Origin: an uncultured Tessaracoccus sp.
GTDB lineage: Bacteria; Actinomycetota; Actinomycetes; Propionibacteriales; Propionibacteriaceae
Direction of reading: 5' to 3'
DNA: 64,000 nt
NCBI RefSeq assembly: GCF_947286155.1
Contig: NZ_CAMYPD010000004.1
Coordinates: forward strand, 5,478 to 69,477
The position numbers and the translations under genes were made by a program. Under the pieces are notes generated by a model that saw only the letters and a program-made list of their open reading frames with translations, did not search any database and was not told the DNA's origin. This document shows, piece by piece, positions 58,517 through 64,000 of the stretch (its first letter is position 1; each line of letters starts with the position of its first letter).

Positions 58517-59251
58517 TCACAAACCCACGATGTCGAGCAGCTTGCCCAGCTCGTCGCGGGTCAACTCGCGGGTCTCCCCCACGGGCAGCCGGCCGAGCCT
58601 GATAGGGCCAATGCCAATGCGGGAGAGCCTATCGACGGGGTGCCCGACGGCCTCCATCATGCGTCGCACGATGTGGTTGCGGCCCTCGTGCAGGGTGATG
58701 CGCACCAGCGACTTCGACTCGGTGTTCGACAGCAGCTTCACCTGGTCGGGCTTCACCGGCCCGTCGTCGAGACGAATACCCTTCTCCAGGCGGCGAATCA
58801 CCTTGTTATCGACGATTCCAGCAACCTCGGCCACGTAGGTTTTCTTCACCTCGTAGCTCGGGTGAGCCAGACGGTGCGCGAACTCACCGTCGTTGGTGAG
58901 CACGATCAGGCCCTCGGTCTGCGTGTCCAGGCGCCCGACGTGGAATAAGCGGCTGGTGCGTGGCGGGATGTAATCTGCCAGCGTGGTGCGACCTTCCGGG
59001 TCTTCCATCGTCGACACCACGCCGCGGGGCTTGTTGAGCACCAGGTAGACGTGGTTGCGCGGCGACGGGATGCGCGAGCCGTCGACGCGGATGGTGTCGC
59101 GTTCCGGGTCGACGCGGGTGCCGAGCTCGGTGATGATGGCGCCGTTCACCTCCACACGCCCCTCGACGATCATCTCCTCGCTTGCACGCCTCGATGCGAG
59201 GCCGGCGGCAGCGAGCACCTTCTGCAGACGCACGCCTTCGGTTTCACTCAT
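58517..59251 (-). CDS. rluB: RsuA/RluB-family pseudouridine synthase
   Basis: S4 domain and HVGRLDTQTEGLIVLTNDGEF catalytic motif. Confidence 0.82.
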   Translation of the reverse strand: MSETEGVRLQKVLAAAGLASRRASEEMIVEGRVEVNGAIITELGTRVDPERDTIRVDGSRIPSPRNHVYLVLNKPRGVVSTMEDPEGRTTLADYIPPRTSRLFHVGRLDTQTEGLIVLTNDGEFAHRLAHPSYEVKKTYVAEVAGIVDNKVIRRLEKGIRLDDGPVKPDQVKLLSNTESKSLVRITLHEGRNHIVRRMMEAVGHPVDRLSRIGIGPIRLGRLPVGETRELTRDELGKLLDIVGL

Positions 59252-59810
59252 CGATCTTCCCTTCCTGGGCAACCGCACCCAGTTCAGCCTCCAAGGCTAC
59301 GGCGTCGGGGAGCCACGGCGCCAAGTCTGGCAGCTCGTCAAGGCTATTGAGACCCAATTTTTCGAGGAACAGCGGTGTGGTGGCGAACGTCACGGCCCCC
59401 GTGTCCGGATCTTCTCCCGCCTCGCAGATCAGCCCGCGCAGCACGAGCGTCTTCACCACACCATCGACGTTCACCCCGCGCACTCCGGCGATGCGTCCCC
59501 TAGAGACAGGTTGCAGGTACGCCACCACCGCGAGCGTCTCCAGTGCCGCTTGGCTGAGCTTCGCACGCTGGTTGGACACAAGCCAGGCCTCGATGATGTC
59601 CGCCACGTCCTCGACCGTCGCGAACCGGTAGCCACCCGCCACTTGCACCAGCCGGATGCCGCGGTCATGCTCCTCGTAGAACCGGGCGATGTCGTCGAGT
59701 TGAGTCTCGACGTCGCTCGTCGGAGCGTCCACTGCGGAGGCCAACGCGTCGGCCGACATCGACTCCGTAGCCATGAGCAGCAGCGCCTCGAGCGCACGAG
59801 AAAGGCTCAC
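59244..59810 (-). CDS. scpB: segregation and condensation protein B
   Basis: ScpB winged-helix repeats. Confidence 0.85.
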   Translation of the reverse strand: MSLSRALEALLLMATESMSADALASAVDAPTSDVETQLDDIARFYEEHDRGIRLVQVAGGYRFATVEDVADIIEAWLVSNQRAKLSQAALETLAVVAYLQPVSRGRIAGVRGVNVDGVVKTLVLRGLICEAGEDPDTGAVTFATTPLFLEKLGLNSLDELPDLAPWLPDAVALEAELGAVAQEGKIDE

Positions 59811-60640
59811 TAGTCCTCCAGTTCAGGTTGTGCTTCGTATTCGTCTGCCACGTCGACGGCTGCCTCATCGCCCGCCGTCCACCGGATGCTGAGCTCGCCG
59901 AGAGGGTTGAGCTGCTCGAACGCGACCTGCTGGTGGCGAAACAGCTCCAGGATGGCCAAGAACCTGACGACGGTAACGAGCCGGTCTTCGCCTTCCACCA
60001 GGGAACGGAACGTGGCTGTGCCCTCGCGACGCAATCGCGCCCCGACGAGCTGCACCTGCTCGGTGAGGCTCACCGTCGCTTGGTGCAGATGGGTGAGGGT
60101 AACCGTCGGTACTTCCTTGGGCACCATCGACATTGCGGCGAGCTGCGCGATCTCCTCGGGTGTGACGTGGAGCTCCACCTCCGGCAGGACGGCGACGAAG
60201 CGCTCCTCCAAGCCGCCAGGGCGGTAGTGGCGGCGGCTGGCGCCGTCGATCGTCTCGTCGATCCAGGCGGCAAGCTGCTTGAACGCGCGGTATTGCAGGA
60301 GTCTGGAGAACAGCAGGTCGCGGGCTTCGAGCGCGGCGATGTCCTCCGGATCTTCAGCTTCTGCCCCCGGCAATAGGCGGGCGCATTTGAGGTCGAGCAG
60401 CGTGGCTGCCACGACAAGAAACGAGCTGGTGAGTTCCAAGTCCCAGTCACCTTCTCGCACGTGGGCGATGAACTCGTCGGTGACCTTACTCAACGCCACC
60501 TCGGTGACGTCCATCTCGCGCCTGGCGATGAGCTGCAGCAGCAGGTCGAAGGGGCCCTCGAAGTTCGTCAGGTGAACGCTGAACCCGGCCACCTGCTCAT
60601 GGTGTTCGGGTGGCTTCGCATGCGAGCGACGCTTAGCCAC
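59810..60640 (-). CDS. scpA: segregation and condensation protein A
   Basis: ScpA family (FEGPFDLLLQLIARREMDVTEVAL). Confidence 0.85.
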   Translation of the reverse strand: MAKRRSHAKPPEHHEQVAGFSVHLTNFEGPFDLLLQLIARREMDVTEVALSKVTDEFIAHVREGDWDLELTSSFLVVAATLLDLKCARLLPGAEAEDPEDIAALEARDLLFSRLLQYRAFKQLAAWIDETIDGASRRHYRPGGLEERFVAVLPEVELHVTPEEIAQLAAMSMVPKEVPTVTLTHLHQATVSLTEQVQLVGARLRREGTATFRSLVEGEDRLVTVVRFLAILELFRHQQVAFEQLNPLGELSIRWTAGDEAAVDVADEYEAQPELED

Positions 60641-60974
60641 GGAGCTCTTGAACGAGCGCGGAGTCGGCTCCGTCCTCGTACATGTCGCGGAGCGCCAGCG
60701 CCACCGCGGCTCGCACGAGGCGCCCGCGGTCCACGCGGATGCTGTGCTGGCGGCGTAGCTCGAGGTTGGCGTCCTCGAGGGCGAGCAACTCCTGCTCGGA
60801 GAAGTACACCGTGATTTTGTGGTCGTGCTTCACTCTCCCCGACGGCGTGGGCCACCCCGGGCGTTCGTCGCGCCGTTCGGGGGCTGCAGGTTCCGGGGCG
60901 CTCGGCGCCTCAGGAGCAGCGTCGGTCGGTCGAAACAGCTCCGAGGCACCCGGCAGCGATGCACGCTTAGCCAT
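60633..60974 (-). CDS. small hypothetical protein between parA and scpA (possible RHH/DNA-binding)
   Basis: 113 aa. Overlaps both neighbours by a few nt. C-terminal segment KITVYFSEQELLALEDANLELRRQHSIRVDRGRLVRAAV. Confidence 0.5.
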   Translation of the reverse strand: MAKRASLPGASELFRPTDAAPEAPSAPEPAAPERRDERPGWPTPSGRVKHDHKITVYFSEQELLALEDANLELRRQHSIRVDRGRLVRAAVALALRDMYEDGADSALVQELRG

Positions 60975-61860
60975 GCTGCACTCTCAGCAGCACCTCGCGG
61001 GCAAGCTGACGGTACGCCTGGGCACCCGGCGACGACGACGCGTATGAGGTGATGGGTTCGCCGGCGACGGTGGTTTCGGGGAAGCGCACGGTGCGCTTAA
61101 TGACGGTGTGGAATACCTTGTCACCAAAGGCTTCGACGATGCGCTCCAGCACCTCGCGCGCGTGGAGCGTGCGTGAGTCGTACATGGTGCCGAGCAGGCC
61201 GAGTACCTTGAGGTCCGGGTTGAGGCGGTCCTGCACCTTCTCAATGGTGTCGGTGAGCAACGCGATGCCGCGCAGCGCGAAAAACTCGAGCTCCAGTGGC
61301 ATGATGACCCAATCGCTCGCGGTGAGCGCGTTGATGGTCAGCAGCCCGAGGCTCGGTGCGCAGTCGATGAGGATGTAGTCGTACTGGGTACGCAGCTTGT
61401 TCAGCACTCGCTGGAGCGTCTGCTCGCGGGCGACTTCGCTCACCAACTGCACTTCGGCCGCCGAGAGATCAATGTTGGCGGGGAGAATGTCGAGCCCCGG
61501 CGTGGAGGTTTCGGTGATGACTTCCTCAGGCGAGAACTCGCGACTCAGCAGCAGGTTGTACACGGAGCGCTCGAGCGTGTGCGGGTTGATGCCGAGCCCG
61601 ACGGACAGCGAGCCCTGCGGGTCGAAGTCAACCAAGAGCACCTTGCGCCCCATCTCGACGAGACACGCGCCCAGGTTGATCGTCGTGGTGGTCTTCCCTA
61701 CGCCGCCCTTCTGGTTGGTGAGGGCGATGATGGTTGCACGCTTCGGACCGTCGCCCACCGGCTCAGGCTCGGGAAAATCGGGCAGGGGTCGACCCGTCGG
61801 GCCGATCTCCCCGTCGAACAACGAATCCTCAGCCAAGGCGTTCTCCTTCCGGGCGTGCAT
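60967..61860 (-). CDS. parA: ParA/Soj-family ATPase
   Basis: Deviant Walker A KGGVGKTTT. Confidence 0.85.
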   Translation of the reverse strand: MHARKENALAEDSLFDGEIGPTGRPLPDFPEPEPVGDGPKRATIIALTNQKGGVGKTTTTINLGACLVEMGRKVLLVDFDPQGSLSVGLGINPHTLERSVYNLLLSREFSPEEVITETSTPGLDILPANIDLSAAEVQLVSEVAREQTLQRVLNKLRTQYDYILIDCAPSLGLLTINALTASDWVIMPLELEFFALRGIALLTDTIEKVQDRLNPDLKVLGLLGTMYDSRTLHAREVLERIVEAFGDKVFHTVIKRTVRFPETTVAGEPITSYASSSPGAQAYRQLAREVLLRVQHG

Positions 61861-61901
61861 TTGTCGACATCTTACTCGTTTACGAACCGAGCGTACTCGC
61901 T

Positions 61902-62813
61902 CTACGCGCGTGGGTGCGCAGCGGTGTGTACCTCGCGGAGTTGGTCAACCGTGACGAGCGTGTACATCTGCGTCGTGGCCACCGACGAGTGCCCCAGCAG
62001 CTCCTGCACCACGCGCAGGTCGGCTCCACCAACGAGGAGATGCGTGGCGAACGAATGGCGCAGCGAGTGCGGGGATACCTCCGCGGTCAATCCCGCCTTC
62101 TGCGCAGCATTCTGCATCACCGCCCAAGCGCTCTGCCGGCTCAGCCGTCGGCCACGCTGGTTCAGGAACAAGGCATGGTCTGCGTTCGTTGCCTTCTGCG
62201 CGAGACCCGGGCGCGAGCGTACGAGGTATGCGTCGAGCGCCTTCCGTGCGAAACTGCCGAGCGGCACGATGCGTTCTTTGTTGCCCTTCCCGACCAGGCG
62301 CAGCCCCAGATCGGGATCGCGCAGCACGGGCGCCACGTCGTCGATGTCGAGGTGACAGACCTCGCTCACGCGGGCGCCCGTCGAATAGAGCAACTCCAAC
62401 AAGGCGGCGTCTCTCACGCCGATGGGTTCCGTGGTGTCGGGAGCAGAGAGTAGCCGCGTGACCTCGTCGACGGTGAGCGCCTTCGGCAGGCGCGACTCGA
62501 GCTTCGGCGGCGAGATCTCCTTCGCGGGGTTGTCGCGCGTCGTGCCCTCGGCTTGCGCGAAAGCGTGGAAGTTCCGCACGCTCACCAACCCGCGCGCGAC
62601 GGAGGACTTCGCCACCGCCTGGGAACGCTCCCGCACGAACTCGGAGACATCGGTGGGAGTCACTTCCCCCACGTCGTCGATACCTCGGCGGCGGAGGAAG
62701 TCGACGTAGTTGGTGAGGTCGCGACGGTAGGCGGCGACGGTGTTCGTCGACAATCCGCGCTCCACACGGATGTGCCCGAGGAAATCCTCGACGGCAGCCT
62801 GCAGGGACGTCAT
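61902..62813 (-). CDS. xerD: site-specific tyrosine recombinase XerD
   Basis: R..HxxR..Y catalytic residues are present (HSLRHSFATHLL...TQMYT). The parA-scpAB context is chromosomal. Confidence 0.85.
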   Translation of the reverse strand: MTSLQAAVEDFLGHIRVERGLSTNTVAAYRRDLTNYVDFLRRRGIDDVGEVTPTDVSEFVRERSQAVAKSSVARGLVSVRNFHAFAQAEGTTRDNPAKEISPPKLESRLPKALTVDEVTRLLSAPDTTEPIGVRDAALLELLYSTGARVSEVCHLDIDDVAPVLRDPDLGLRLVGKGNKERIVPLGSFARKALDAYLVRSRPGLAQKATNADHALFLNQRGRRLSRQSAWAVMQNAAQKAGLTAEVSPHSLRHSFATHLLVGGADLRVVQELLGHSSVATTQMYTLVTVDQLREVHTAAHPRA

Positions 62814-63430
62814 TCGCGAATCGCCCAGGGTGCGTCGATGCCGCGCAGCTCGTCGATGCGCCCGGACAGTCGGGCTGTCTCCAACGCCAAGATGCCTGCC
62901 ACCAGCGTCGGCGATTGGCATCGGCCCGCGAAGGCCGCCTCGACGAGCTCAGCTCTGGGCGCGCGCCCCACCGACATCTCTAGCTCCTCTCCCTCGAGGA
63001 CGAACCCTGCGGGGCGTGCGGCAGGAGATAGTTGGCGAGCCAGGAAGATGCGCAACGATTCCTGGCAGCCACCCGGCGTCGTGACGATGTCGATGAGCAC
63101 ATCCCATCTCGCCGCCTGTAGCTGGGCTTCCTCTGCCAGCTCACGTGCGGCGGCTTCGTGCCATGGTTCACCAGGTACGTCGAGCAGGCCGGCGGGAATC
63201 TCGACGAGCTCCATGCCGACGGGATGGCGATACTGTCTGAGCACCGCAATCTCGTCGCGTTCCTCATCCCACGCGACGATGGCAACCGCGCCCGGATGGG
63301 TGGTGAATTGGCGCACCATCGTGCCCCCTGATGGGGTATCGATGACCTCTTCGACGAAGCTCATCACCCGCCCCTCGGCGAGCACCTCGCGCGACTGCAC
63401 CGGCCACTGTTGACGTCGATCTTCGATCAC
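62810..63430 (-). CDS. NUDIX hydrolase (ADP-ribose pyrophosphatase-like)
   Basis: Nudix box GLLDVPGEPWHEAAARELAEEAQL. Confidence 0.8.
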   Translation of the reverse strand: MIEDRRQQWPVQSREVLAEGRVMSFVEEVIDTPSGGTMVRQFTTHPGAVAIVAWDEERDEIAVLRQYRHPVGMELVEIPAGLLDVPGEPWHEAAARELAEEAQLQAARWDVLIDIVTTPGGCQESLRIFLARQLSPAARPAGFVLEGEELEMSVGRAPRAELVEAAFAGRCQSPTLVAGILALETARLSGRIDELRGIDAPWAIRE

Positions 63431-63635
63431 GTTGCTCCCATCATTCGCCTCGAGAATCCATCGTAGCTAGCCGAAACGAACCCTGAGAAAGCTAGATTCA
63501 ACGCATCAAGGAATCCGACATCGAACTCAGCACCCTCGAGCAGGCGATCACCGCGCCTCCAGTGACGCTGGGCTGCTCGTGCACGAGGCATGCGCTGGGC
63601 ACCGCACGCGGGCGCCGCACACTCCGTCGGAATTC

Positions 63636-63889
63636 GTGCACATCGCGGCCAGCATGGGTGCCGAAATCCGCTCAGCACAGCACCTCGACGTGCCACTGAT
63701 TGCGTGGGAGGGCGTCGGGCTCGCCCTCATCCTCCCCGACCAGGTCATCGTGACATGCTCCACGTGCGCGAGTACGTGGCAGCGACGTTCCAGGCCGGAC
63801 GCAAACTCCAGGAGCTCTCACGTGACACCGTGATCGAGATCTTCTCCGAAGGCAATACCGACGCGGTCACCGCCCGCATGATGCGCTGA
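63636..63889 (+). other. possible small gene broken by a frameshift (two consecutive coding-like frames)
   Basis: Frame A (63636..~63750) reads VHIAASMGAEIRSAQHLDVPLIAWEGVGLALILPDQVIV and frame B (63755..63889) reads MLHVREYVAATFQAGRKLQELSRDTVIEIFSEGNTDAVTARMMR. Both have strong GC3 bias and the switch occurs within ~10 nt. Confidence 0.25.
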
Positions 63890-63946
63890 CGTTCGCAGTG
63901 CGAGCCGTGCTCCCACACCTATCGATGCGCTGTGGCAAGGTTACTC

Positions 63947-64000
63947 CATGTCGAACATTCCCGAATGGGCCGAGGAACTCGTGAGCCCGTTGGATGCCAA
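63947..64000 (+). CDS. 5' end of an unidentified gene (MSNIPEWAEELVSPLDA...)
   Basis: ATG preceded by aagg about 7 nt upstream. Only 18 codons are visible. Confidence 0.3.

Noticed and set aside
61902-62813. Tyrosine recombinase as a phage integrase or prophage boundary
   Set aside because: It sits in the conserved parA-scpA-scpB-xerD chromosomal context with no phage genes or att-like repeats. Called as XerD.
63431-64000. Expected pyrG (CTP synthase) upstream of the NUDIX gene
   Set aside because: No CTP synthase-like translation was found in any frame in this stretch.

Overview
This is a high-GC actinobacterial chromosomal segment; gene order and protein families suggest a Microbacteriaceae-like organism, but the taxon is not certain. 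Housekeeping blocks cover ftsK-thiL-ddl, leuCD/ltbR, tRNA-Glu/tRNA-Gln, leuB, ilvBNC with a leader peptide and attenuator, hisF, the helY-dagK-tatCA-pafCB neighbourhood, and gluQ-fkbP-rluB-scpBA-parA-xerD-nudix. Accessory regions are interspersed between them. The first is an arabinan/arabino-oligosaccharide utilisation locus (GH51, two GH43 enzymes, an ABC importer and a LacI regulator). The second is a roughly 10 kb mosaic island at about 20.4-30.7 kb. It contains a visibly low-GC MazG-like gene and a GIY-YIG/P-loop DUF2075-like gene that is interrupted by an in-frame stop and by an ISL3 element. A possible displaced C-terminal half of that gene lies about 8.5 kb away. Between the two halves are an N-terminally truncated DEAD-box helicase fragment, a D-amino-acid catabolic operon, and a LuxR-type response regulator that lacks its phospho-acceptor Asp. 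The third is a roughly 1.1 kb low-GC insert carrying an IS30 transposase remnant at the 3' end of a flotillin gene, bracketed by a 21-bp direct repeat that duplicates the flotillin terminus. A 40-bp perfect direct repeat pair also flanks an inverted-repeat segment between hisF and helY. No intact novel multi-gene system is evident. The most interesting signals are decayed or rearranged defence-like and mobile modules, plus several uncharacterised operons. One example is a Yip1-like membrane protein paired with a membrane-anchored alpha/beta hydrolase. Another is three ATGA-coupled ORFs at 29.2-30.7 kb. Many long plus-strand ORFs in the track are Arg/Pro/Gly-rich antisense shadows of real genes and were not called. 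Coordinates that I refined by hand, such as start codons and repeat edges, may be off by 1-2 nt.
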